A DNA stretch of 64,000 nucleotides, counting the filler, from Sanchytrium tribonematis (lineage: Eukaryota): NCBI GenBank assembly GCA_018985235.1. It is 6 parts of 6 records of this genome, joined end to end, with 100 filler letters (N's around TTAATTAATTAA, not from the genome) between each part and the next. Parts side by side here need not be neighbours in the genome. Positions count along the whole stretch, not along the records: positions 45,379 to 52,060 come from JADGIG010000505.1; positions 52,161 to 58,850 come from JADGIG010000503.1; 4 more parts are not named here. One strand, 5' to 3'. Shown here one piece after another: positions 47,870-57,506 of this stretch. Within the stretch, counting starts at the first letter, position 1. Every line of letters starts with the position of its first letter. The notes beneath the pieces are model-generated. The model was not told where the DNA came from and searched no databases. It saw only the letters and a list, made by a program, of their open reading frames with translations. A program made the position numbers and the translations under genes.

Positions 47870-48702
47870 TTATCCCCAAATCAATTTTAGATTCTTTTCA
47901 AGTGGCACCGTGTCAAATCGAATGCCCATTTGTTGTAGCACTCTCTTGTAATATTCAACCCGATTTGGAGTATTTAGAGCCGATTTAAATTTAATCAGTT
48001 CAATTAATTGTAATTTGGTCAATTCAGGATGAGAATAAAGTAGAACTTTGAATGTTTCAATAGATGACATGGTGATGGGTTGATTTAGCCATTGATCAAA
48101 TTGAATTCGGACGGGTCTAATCCAAATGGCGTAGATTTCTTTATTTGTGAAATGTCGAGTCATTTCTTCACGATTTTTGAGTGGATACTTTTTCATTTTA
48201 TCAATCATGATTTGCTTTAAATCTAGATCACCAATTGAATTCAAATAATTTCTAGTCTTTTCTAACTGATCTGGATTGTACAAATCTGCTATTTTTGCCA
48301 TATTCTTTAAAACCAGTAAATTAAAACCAGTTGGATTAGTTGCATAAATAACGTACAATTCACGCAACACGCCATTCATTACAAAAAGATTGTCATACCA
48401 TGCTGCTAATACACTCTCAAAATATAAATCCATCTCACTGACAAAATGGCATTTTCAAGTGATTTTAAACGGGATTTGACATCAGCACTATTTTTCAATG
48501 CAATCTGCTTCTCTGGATCATCATCAGTGTACTGATAGACTGATTGATAGTGGGTGTCTACCATCTTTAGAAATAGTTCTTCATCTAGTGGCGCAATGAT
48601 TTGTTTAATTTTTGCTGTTTTTAAAAGATGGGGGTTGAAATCGGGCTCATCCGTCGCTTCTCTTTTCAATGCAAGTAGTAGAATAATGAAAAACATTGAC
48701 AT
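47870..48702 (-). CDS. Putative secreted orphan protein split into two overlapping frames (48406-48702 and 47870-48433)
   Basis: Short hydrophobic N-terminus MFFIILLLA. The frames overlap by 28 nt with no consensus tiny intron, so this is a frameshift or two genes. Confidence 0.45.
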
Positions 48703-48941
48703 GAAGGAGTTGGAATACAAAAATGTACATAGTTGTACTGGTAGCACATGTGTTATTTGTACATTCTTCTAGCGAATCAAGTAGCTCAAGGTGAAAGAGT
48801 CACTACTTTAATGTTGATGCTTTCGAGTGTGAGGTATTCTGTTGCTTCCATCTCGTGATTATTTCAATTTCTCATGTGCCATTTTTGATTGGTTTAAAAC
48901 ACGTGTTTTTAAGATTTCTCAATTCTCAACGACTCCTTAAA

Positions 48942-49806
48942 ATGGCAACTGAATGCAATGAACCATTAAATGTAGAATCATATCAATATAAAATGCATTT
49001 AGCATCTATATTTATTGTATTTGGAATTAGTTTATTGGGTACAATGATTCCAGTTGTTTTTAAGCAAGTGGTGCAACAACATCAATTTGGATTAAATATG
49101 TTGAAATTATTTGGTTGTGGGGTGTTGTTGGCTACTGCGGTGATTCATATGATTGTGCCATCTTTGAAAGCATTTGAAAATGAATGTTTGCCTGATTTAT
49201 TAAGGAATTATGAGTCATATGGGGGTGTATTCATATTGGCAGGGTTGTTTAGTACGCATTTGGTGCAGATCATGGCTAAACATTATCATTATAAGGATTA
49301 TGAGATATCTGAGGGACATCAACATGAAACAAATCAGAAAATAGTGGTTTATTTGATAGAATTGGGTGTTGCATCTCATTCTATACTAATCGGGATCTTC
49401 TTGGGTGTTTCTATTGAAGAATTTTATTCATTGTTGATTGCATTGAGTTTCCATCAGTTTTTTGAGGGAATGGCACTATCTTCTATTGTGATAAGCAACA
49501 CTATTAGTAGAAGAATGAGATATACAATGATTTTATTCTACAGCGCGACAACTTCAATTGTAAAAATGACTTATTTAGGGAATTTTAATTGGAATTGCAA
49601 TTCATTCTTCATTTCAAGAGAATCAGCAAAGTTCATTGGTGATTCAAAGTGTATTAGAGGCATTTACAGGTGGTATCTTACTATATGATGGACTTGTGAA
49701 TATATTAGGGGCACATTTTCAAATTTGTGATAAATTAAGAAATCAAATTTGTGAGATACTATGCTTATGGGCAGGTGCTGCTGTCATGGCAGTCATTGGA
49801 AACTAG
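48942..49806 (+). CDS. ZIP-family zinc/iron transporter (Zrt1-like); exons 48942-49559 and 49579-49806
   Basis: KLFGCGVLLATAVIHM, ELGVASHS, ALSFHQFFEG, TTSI|GILIG and GILLY. Confidence 0.93.
49560..49578 (+). other. 19-nt spliceosomal intron in the ZIP transporter
   Basis: gtaaaaatgacttatttag; removal restores the last TM helices. Confidence 0.93.
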
Positions 49807-49889
49807 GCATAACATACAAATAAACGCGCTATATTCTATATTTTGTCAATAAATGTCAACAAAAAGCCACCTAGAGCCATTTTACAAAA

Positions 49890-50708
49890 ATGATTTCTAG
49901 TTTTATTCCCCTCGTCATTTTTGTGATTTTAGACACTGCATACTTTGCATTTACAGCAAATAAAGTCAATAAATACAAGCAACAATCTACAGATTCAGAT
50001 ATTAAGGATATTATGAATTACATTTTAATGGTTCTGGGAACTGGAATTATTGGATTTTACTTGCTTAGCATTGATTTATTGAATGAATTAGGGTTCTATG
50101 GTGATGAGTTGATGTATGTCGTGCTATTTTTATCATTTATGGCCAGTGCAATCAGTTTATACAAATCTTCCTCAATTTACTTCAACGCGTATGCTCACGT
50201 TGGAAATGCATCTATTGGAAAGAAATTGATGTTTGGATATATTCCATTCTTTGCTGTTCCTGCTTTGTTATTGTTGGTATTGAATGATTCAGTTGCTGAA
50301 CTAGAGATTTTGTTGGGTTTGGTGATTATTGGATTTTATACGTGGAATTTCATCAGTGATACTATCATGGATGCATTATGTTATAGTAGATTAAGACATG
50401 CTCAGTATCAGATTGGCAGTGACATTGCAGCTTCAAGAGATGCTCAAAATGAAGTCAAAAAAGTTTGGGTTTGGAAAATTATAGTTGCGATTTGTTCCTT
50501 CTTCTTATTCATGGGATTGGCTATTATTAGTGAATATAGCACATTGACATACTTTACCGTATTAAGTGTCGGATTTTTATATCCTACAAGTGCAAATTTA
50601 CAAATTCATAGATTTCAATTAGTCGATAAAATGCTTAAAATCCCTCTACATTCATTAGATGAGATCCAAGCTACTGAACAAACGACAGAATTACATGTGA
50701 TTGCTTAA
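49890..50708 (+). CDS. Multi-pass (about 7 TM) membrane protein of unknown function
   Basis: 272-aa ORF with about seven hydrophobic segments; AATAAA follows the stop. Confidence 0.6.
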   Translation: MISSFIPLVIFVILDTAYFAFTANKVNKYKQQSTDSDIKDIMNYILMVLGTGIIGFYLLSIDLLNELGFYGDELMYVVLFLSFMASAISLYKSSSIYFNAYAHVGNASIGKKLMFGYIPFFAVPALLLLVLNDSVAELEILLGLVIIGFYTWNFISDTIMDALCYSRLRHAQYQIGSDIAASRDAQNEVKKVWVWKIIVAICSFFLFMGLAIISEYSTLTYFTVLSVGFLYPTSANLQIHRFQLVDKMLKIPLHSLDEIQATEQTTELHVIA

Positions 50709-50715
50709 AATAAAC

Positions 50716-51036
50716 TTACTTTTTATTATCTGTAAACCAGTGATCTTCATTTTGAATTTTAAGAAATTCTTGACGAATGCGTTCTGCTTTATTTCCGTAT
50801 GCAAAATCCACATTATAAGCAAATACGATTGATAAGACACCAAATGGTACTAATGCCACTCGTGGTGCTCTGTTTCCAGCTAATAATAACCCAGTTCCAA
50901 CAGCAGCCCATGTTCCTCCAATCCACAAGCATAAATCTCTAGAATTGGCCATAGTCATTGCGACCATAGTTTTTTGTTGTTTTTCCATGCTTTTACGCTG
51001 CATTTCTGCCATATTTCCAGAAATCAAATTTCCCAT
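50716..51036 (-). CDS. PLGRKT/DUF2368-like small membrane protein
   Basis: Starts MG; AMTMANSRD..LVPF..FAYNVDFAYG..ERIR matches PLGRKT AMQIAWSRE..LVP..YQYDLGYG..ERM. Confidence 0.75.
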   Translation of the reverse strand: MGNLISGNMAEMQRKSMEKQQKTMVAMTMANSRDLCLWIGGTWAAVGTGLLLAGNRAPRVALVPFGVLSIVFAYNVDFAYGNKAERIRQEFLKIQNEDHWFTDNKK

Positions 51037-51080
51037 CTTACCAATGTTTCACTTAAAAGCATCACAAAATCAAATCAAAT

Positions 51081-51740
51081 TTATTTTAAATCCATGTAAA
51101 TGATCACAATCAATGTCATAAAACTCAATAATGATAAAGCAGGATAAAATATCATCAATGGATCACTATTTGACGCATCAAATGTATGTTTAGGTAGTAA
51201 TAACTGAGTATCAAATAATTCATTCGTAAAATCATTTAAAAGAAACATGTCTAAATTCTCAACTATTTTTTAGATTCAAAATCTCATTGGACCTCTCAGC
51301 GACTCTTGTTTCAAAAATGATTGAAATTCATAAATATCAAGTAAATCAAAAACCAAGTGCCATTTATGAAAATCATTGTAAAATCGAAATTGCATTATCA
51401 ATTAATTGATAATTTAACCATTAATTGATAATTTGATCAAATCATCATTACTGAAATTTTGTATTTTAAAACAATCAGGCTATGCATTTATATTGGAATC
51501 TCTTCATCAAATCACTCCTAATATTCTTTGGATATCATCATGAATTATTATAATTTCCATGTGTGGGATTAATAGCATATGAAAAAGAAACACCAATCGC
51601 ATGTCCAAAGATTGTAAATCATATTCACGTAAAAGTAGTGTAAAAAATGATAAATATGTGAAGAAGAACAAGAACAAGAAGGAAATGGGAAGAGCTATGG
51701 CGGAATCGTATTTGAATAGACGATAATAAATGAAATTCAA
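51081..51740 (-). pseudogene. Possible decayed membrane-protein gene (fragments 51507-51740 and 51081-51248)
   Basis: Two short hydrophobic ORFs on one strand, separated by a stop-rich stretch with a local 15-nt duplication (attaattgataattt at 51401 and 51420). Confidence 0.3.
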
Positions 51741-51861
51741 ATTCGTAGGTTTTCTAGGTTCTTCAAGAAAAATTCAGACTATTTTATTGGATCTTAGAAC
51801 TGATGTTGCTGTGAGTCCTGTGACTCAAATCAAAACAGATCAAGGACATTTGTGTGAAAAG

Positions 51862-52060
51862 ATGAACTTAATTTTTATTCTACTAATTTTTGCAGCTTTG
51901 CGAGATGATACTCCAAATAATGAAGGTTTTGAAGAGCATTATAATCGTTTAAAACAATTTTATACTGATACGAATATGCCACTAAATGCATTAAATCATT
52001 TAATGGAATCTAATGATTTAGAATTTAAAAAGGAGGCATTAAAGTGGTTATCTCATAAAA
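51862..52060 (+). CDS. Putative secreted orphan protein, 3' truncated
   Basis: Starts MNLIFILLIFA; the frame is open to the spacer. Confidence 0.5.
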
Positions 52061-52160
52061 NNNNNNNNNNNNNNNNNNNNNNNNNNNNNNNNNNNNNNNN
52101 NNNNTTAATTAATTAANNNNNNNNNNNNNNNNNNNNNNNNNNNNNNNNNNNNNNNNNNNN
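52061..52160. other. Artificial contig-joining spacer
   Basis: N44-TTAATTAATTAA-N44. Confidence 0.98.
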
Positions 52161-52677
52161 AAATAAAAAACCAAGACAGACACATCAAAACTCCATGGGT
52201 CGTTTGAAGAGCTGAGCTGTAGTTATCCAAAGCACTGAAATCTCCATTTTCTAAATTCATTTTGAAACTACCACTCAAATCATGATACGGTATAGCTGCA
52301 CTTTCATCAGCAGAATTAATTTTATCAACACCCCAGCACCATATAAAAGAATTAACGGTATTGATTGTTGGCTTGTTGGGCTCTAACAATGTTCTAGAAA
52401 GCTGTGCTGTGACTCGATTGTTACTAGTTCCGGAATTTAAAAGATTCCAGCTATTTTTTTGACTCGCAATATCGTGACCGGCTCCTTTTCTATTGGTAAC
52501 GACAACTTTGTCATTGTTTTTCCAGATAATAATCATATCAGAGCCATCCATATTAGCCCCGGTCCCAAAAGCTCCAAAACCAAGTGTGGAATCATAGTCT
52601 ATGGTGATATTAACGTAAGTATCAACTTTAAGCGCCTTTATGCATAATTTTTTGTCGCTAGTGCAGAAGGTTGACAT
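52161..52677 (-). CDS. DOMON plus cytochrome b561 (ferric/cupric reductase-like) protein, 3' truncated
   Basis: FGAFGTGANMDGSDMIIIW (heme Met) and IPYH (heme His), then the first b561 helix THGVLMCLSW. Confidence 0.85.
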
Positions 52678-52913
52678 GAAACAATGTTTTTGGCTTTAAA
52701 GATCGAATTTTGTGAGAACGAAAAGGATTTTTCTGTTTAAAGCTGAAATTTAACATTACTAGTCAAATTTGATTTTTAAAAACTCCGAGGATCCCAATCT
52801 CAAAACGTATGTCACATCGCAAGCCATGTGCTCGCTTTGTAGCCATCTTATTGGTTCAAGTAATTATAAAACATACGCACATGCACATAGCCTTTTGAGA
52901 GATTTTTGATTCG

Positions 52914-53562
52914 ATGTTATTTTCCTTGTATTTGACAATCTATGGTCATGTCACCGCCAATCCGAATTCTGGGCCTGCTAAGGGGTATTTCGTGTCGTAC
53001 TTTCGTATTGGGCATGCCTGCACCGCGTCTGAAAGTACCACATCAGTTGAAATTCAAATTCCCGATGGTATCTATACTGCTAAGCCTAAGTTCACTGCTG
53101 GTTGGACTTATAACGTGACTTCGGTAGCTCTGGATAAACCAATTTCGAATGGAGAATCAACTATCACTTCCAAGGTGACTAAAGTGTTATTTACAAGTGC
53201 TGCTGGTCTCCCTAACGATGCTTTTGAAGATCTAGGATTAAGTTTCCAACTGCCTGATGCGGCTGGATCGGCCTTGTTTTTCAAAACAACACAATTTTGT
53301 ACGTCAAACACGACCGCATGGGTCAATATTCCCGCAAATAATGACCCTGCGCAATGGGAGACAACCCCAAAACCAGCGCCATATATTAAGGTATTGGCAG
53401 CTGAAGGCTCAAGCTCTGCTGACACTACTGCTGCAACTCATGATCCAACAGTATTGGGAATTGGAGTCGCTGGTATTATTTATTAATATAGGATTAGTCA
53501 TAGGAGTTATTGCTATCTCAATAGCAAGTGTTTTGGCAATTAAATTGAAAAAGAAGAATTAG
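52914..53562 (+). CDS. YcnI/DUF1775 copper-binding protein with C-terminal TM anchor; exons 52914-53472 and 53492-53562 (209 aa)
   Basis: Signal peptide then HVT.NP; FRIGHAC, TT.V.I.IP.G, KP....GW, F.T.Q.C, W..IP and PAP; TM helix followed by KLKKK. Confidence 0.85.
53473..53491 (+). other. 19-nt spliceosomal intron in the YcnI-like gene
   Basis: gtattatttattaatatag; removal completes the TM helix. Confidence 0.88.
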
Positions 53563-53701
53563 CAATAAATTTTGGAGATTAATTTTATTTAAAATCAGTA
53601 ATACTATATTGAGAGATGTGAAATTATAGATAGAAAAACACACAGTTCATGCCTCTGGAGAATTATAAAGTCAATTTGACGAAATACAATTTATTAGATA
53701 T

Positions 53702-54124
53702 TTATTCGTGGCATTCCACAATTTGTTGGGTGGATGGAAATATGATATGTGCCAAAACCTTGGCCACAACAATAGTAATTAGCAAAGTCCCGTTAAATGA
53801 CATCATGACCAACATCAAAAGACCGTTGATTAGCATCTTGATAAATAATAGACTAGGATTTAAGTAACAATCGTATTTTGGTGCAAGTTTACATAGATCC
53901 GGAATGTGAATGCTAAATACTTCATTTACGAATGAAAGAAAACCTACAATAAAAATTGAAGCTATAAATAATTCGACAGTAGTGACATGCCAAAATTCAA
54001 AAAGTATGTAAAAATCTGTAGTTTTGAAGTTTAGGAACATTCCCATTGCACCCATTGATGAGCTGTCCGACGATGAACCGCTATTTCCTCCCATATTGCC
54101 CATGTTTCCCATATCGTGATCCAT
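53702..54124 (-). CDS. Ctr-family copper transporter
   Basis: Met-rich N-terminus MDHDMGNMGNM..MGAMGM, ILFEFW, and the MxxxM motif MLVMMSFN. Confidence 0.9.
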   Translation of the reverse strand: MDHDMGNMGNMGGNSGSSSDSSSMGAMGMFLNFKTTDFYILFEFWHVTTVELFIASIFIVGFLSFVNEVFSIHIPDLCKLAPKYDCYLNPSLLFIKMLINGLLMLVMMSFNGTLLITIVVAKVLAHIIFPSTQQIVECHE

Positions 54125-54240
54125 TCTTGCGTTTCAGTTTCTCTAATTCCCAAATATGACAAGCAACTCCAAATCTTAGCAAAGATCAAACTCAGATGGA
54201 AATTCATTTCAAAGAAATATTTATTCTGTAATTCTCAGTT

Positions 54241-54747
54241 CTATTTTTTGTTCTTTAATTTAAGGCAAAATCGTTTATATTTTTGAAAAAAAGGCCTCGT
54301 TATAGGTTGATGCGTATTAGAAAAGTATGACTTCATATCTTCTTTTGCACATGCGAATACTAGTGCCTCCAATTTTCTATTCTCCGTAGCTTTTTTTTCT
54401 ACTTTGACTGCATAAATACCAGATTTGTTTTTGGATATAAATATTGTAACATTGATTTTTCTTCGCTTGAAGCTACCAGTTGCTTCATTTTCTACACTCA
54501 AAGAGTCATACTTTCTCTTTCTGCTAAATGGTACAATTTCGACCTCAGAATTGAGCTGTTTTTGTGAGGTTTGAGAGTACTTTGGAAAATGCTTCACTTT
54601 CACATGACATTTTGCTGTTTTGGACAGTCTAAATTTGCGGTTGGCTACTTTGTTTGTAGATTTAATAGGCATAAAGTAAGGTTTGGTTGGATACCTGATT
54701 TTCCTTAAATTCATTTTCAATGAAAAGTCGTAGTTTTTTACTCTCAT
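54241..54747 (-). CDS. Hypothetical basic protein
   Basis: 168-aa Lys/Arg-rich ORF with no recognised motif. Confidence 0.4.
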   Translation of the reverse strand: MRVKNYDFSLKMNLRKIRYPTKPYFMPIKSTNKVANRKFRLSKTAKCHVKVKHFPKYSQTSQKQLNSEVEIVPFSRKRKYDSLSVENEATGSFKRRKINVTIFISKNKSGIYAVKVEKKATENRKLEALVFACAKEDMKSYFSNTHQPITRPFFQKYKRFCLKLKNKK

Positions 54748-55072
54748 GGAAAGACGGCAATTTTAGAAATTTAGTTTCAAATAATTAAAGACTGATAGTA
54801 CTCTTTTCAAAGAATATTGAAAATGGGACCATTTGTAAGCTCCGTGACTACTTCGAATTAATAATTTCAGTCATATGACACAAAGTATGAGTACTACTAA
54901 AAGTAATACAATATATAGTCGTAAAATTTCGAATAAATTATTACAGCAAGATTTATTTTCAAATTGTTATTAGTAAAATTGTTAATAAGAAGCCGACAGA
55001 TTGATTTCAAACTAACTACCTAAAAAGAAATCAGCAATATTTATAATGTCAAAATAACTAAGCCACACAGTA

Positions 55073-57466
55073 ATGATCATCTTACTTTTCCTGAGTCTAT
55101 TTTCTACAGTATTCTCACTACATGGGACGCGATTAAAGAAAAGAGATCCTACTATAGATGTCTCATTATCTCAGCAAGAATTAAATAACTTCAATTCTCA
55201 ACCTGGAAGTGCTCAGTTTTGGGAACAATCGGGATTTGTTGCTATTTCCAATGCTAGACAAGCTAAACCTTTTGATTATTCAAAGTATGTTGACAGTAAA
55301 AACAGTGTGGGTTTAAGTGCGTTGACTCAAGATTATCCAGATATAAGCAGCTTCCTTGGCGTTTGTATCTTTGGAGCAATTGTGTGTGCAATTGGTAGTA
55401 TAGTAATGTGTGCTTGTTGCGTTATGCGTGAACCTCGTCAAATCGATCCAGACGATGTTTCCACGAAAAAAAAGATTTTCTTCATAGTCTTGTTGTTTAT
55501 TGTCAGTATGTTGTCCATTTTCTTCATATTTTTGACACTTTCTAGTCTCAATGATTTTGTCACTGGAATGAAAAATGCAAACGCGGCTACTGGATCCATA
55601 GTAACAAGTGGTACATCTATGCTAAAATCTTCACAAAACGACTTGAGCGCGATCTTGAAATCCCAATCCGTAGACACTTCTATATATAGTGAATTTATGG
55701 CTAATATCACTGGGAAAATCCAGAACATGAATAGCAGAACATCTGATGATGTTTTAAATATTGACATGTACATGGATGACTACAAAAATAGTGCGTTGAA
55801 ACTAAAAGTCATTGGAGATTGGATTATTGGAAATAGTTCATTTATTTACAATGGTCGAGAAGATCTGTCAGAGAATTTCAACTCTACAATGTTCAAACTT
55901 AACGAATTAAATGCCAATTCGTTTGATTTTAACGTGCCGGACGGTCAAGGTGGATTTTACGTCAACACGTATCAATTGAGAGCTCCTAAGCCTTTTGTTT
56001 ACTTTCAAACAGCAAATTTGTACTATTTTGATACTTTTGACAACTCCAGTGCATTACAATTAGCAACTTGTCCAAATATATACAACGTTCACGTTCCTAA
56101 AGAAATGCTTGGAGCCGCAATCAAATCTAAAATTGCCAATTTGACATTGAAAGCTAATGTGTCATTGTCAAGTACAAATTCGAGTATTTATGACATTTAT
56201 AAAACAGCTCAATCTACGTTGCAGTACCTGTTTTCTAATGGAACAAGCACAAATAATGTTGCTGCTCACTACAGTGCATTTTCCGCCGCCAGCACAGCTT
56301 ACACGACCACTGTCAACACGCAAACCACTTTAATTTATGTTTATTTTGGTATACTGTTCTTTCTCCTGATTTCGATGGTATTAGCTAGCAGTGTAAAAAT
56401 TCCAAAATTAGCCATGGGAACTCTTTGTGGATTTTTGTTTTTAATTATCCTGTGCTTTGTTTTTTCATTTGTGTACTATATTTTAGCTTTTATGGCTGGA
56501 GAAAATTGCGCAAATTTGAATTCAAATTTCGAAGCTCTTAAATTGGTGAACCCGACTGTTGCTGACTACACGCAATCTGGATTGTCTGCCAATGACTTGT
56601 GTGCTAGAAATTTAAGTGTTTCAGAGGTGCTTCAAGATCCAAGCATCAGTGCGCTACTTCCAGATCAATTCAATCAAACCACATTCAATATTTCCAGCTT
56701 GATTGCTAATTTGACAGCAGCCAAGAACCTTAGTTTTATTGAATTTCAAAATGAAATCAAGGCTGCCGCATTCAACGATCAAGAGTTATCGACATTTTTA
56801 AGTATATTTCAAACTGTAGATCCGCAACCACTGAATGCAACAGGAAAGTTGATGGGAGAACTAAAATGGAATATTAACACTTCCTTGTTCAATGGATTCA
56901 CCACCTTGAATAATACAGTTTATTACACGGAAAGTGACATTAAAGATATCAGTTCATCTCAGGGACCAACCAATTCGGCAGACGACTTGGGCAATTGGAA
57001 ATTAAGAGTCACTCCGCGCTATCAAGCTGTCAAAAACTTTAAAAACACATTTGAGAATTTTAACACCAGTAGATCCTATGTGTATATCAATTCTGATGCG
57101 GTCTTTCCTTTGTTAGATCACATTCTCAACACATCATATTTTGCAAATATGTTATATCCAAATGTAACCAATAACTACGCACTAGTTTTGTTAGATGCTC
57201 AAGCAGAATCACCAAAATATTTCAAGACCCTCATGGCCAATTTGACAAAAGTATTGGAAAGCCAGCTTGAGAAGGGATTTAAAAGCAACAACTGTCACAG
57301 CATTGGGTTAGGTGTAGATGCGATGAAAACTTCATTTTGCTCTGTAGCACTGTACGGATTAAATGGAATGTGGCTTTCATTTGTTGTCTTGGGATTTTGT
57401 TTAATTGTACAAGTTGCCTGCATATTTACAGTTTATTTGTATTTAAATCCAGCAATTATTAAATAA
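55073..57466 (+). CDS. Prominin-like five-TM glycoprotein
   Basis: Signal peptide, TM1 followed by CACC, TM2, a large loop rich in N-glycosylation sites, TM3-4, a second loop, then NC..FC..LNGMW before TM5. Confidence 0.7.
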   Translation: MIILLFLSLFSTVFSLHGTRLKKRDPTIDVSLSQQELNNFNSQPGSAQFWEQSGFVAISNARQAKPFDYSKYVDSKNSVGLSALTQDYPDISSFLGVCIFGAIVCAIGSIVMCACCVMREPRQIDPDDVSTKKKIFFIVLLFIVSMLSIFFIFLTLSSLNDFVTGMKNANAATGSIVTSGTSMLKSSQNDLSAILKSQSVDTSIYSEFMANITGKIQNMNSRTSDDVLNIDMYMDDYKNSALKLKVIGDWIIGNSSFIYNGREDLSENFNSTMFKLNELNANSFDFNVPDGQGGFYVNTYQLRAPKPFVYFQTANLYYFDTFDNSSALQLATCPNIYNVHVPKEMLGAAIKSKIANLTLKANVSLSSTNSSIYDIYKTAQSTLQYLFSNGTSTNNVAAHYSAFSAASTAYTTTVNTQTTLIYVYFGILFFLLISMVLASSVKIPKLAMGTLCGFLFLIILCFVFSFVYYILAFMAGENCANLNSNFEALKLVNPTVADYTQSGLSANDLCARNLSVSEVLQDPSISALLPDQFNQTTFNISSLIANLTAAKNLSFIEFQNEIKAAAFNDQELSTFLSIFQTVDPQPLNATGKLMGELKWNINTSLFNGFTTLNNTVYYTESDIKDISSSQGPTNSADDLGNWKLRVTPRYQAVKNFKNTFENFNTSRSYVYINSDAVFPLLDHILNTSYFANMLYPNVTNNYALVLLDAQAESPKYFKTLMANLTKVLESQLEKGFKSNNCHSIGLGVDAMKTSFCSVALYGLNGMWLSFVVLGFCLIVQVACIFTVYLYLNPAIIK

Positions 57467-57506
57467 GATAAAATATGAAGAAAATAATAAATGTTAAATT
57501 ATTAGT

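Noticed and set aside
48416..48438. A 23-nt GT..AG intron that would join the two orphan ORFs
   Set aside because: It ends in GAG, lacks the -6 A and differs in length from all 12 supported introns. Left as an unresolved frameshift.
52678..52913. Copper-response elements in the DOMON/YcnI divergent interval
   Set aside because: Only degenerate matches (AAAGCTGA, TGTGCTCG) are present, as expected by chance. There is no exact TTTGC(T/G)C(A/G).
48942..54124. A larger metal-uptake island including the ZIP transporter
   Set aside because: The ZIP gene is on a different contig from the copper genes, so the adjacency is artificial.
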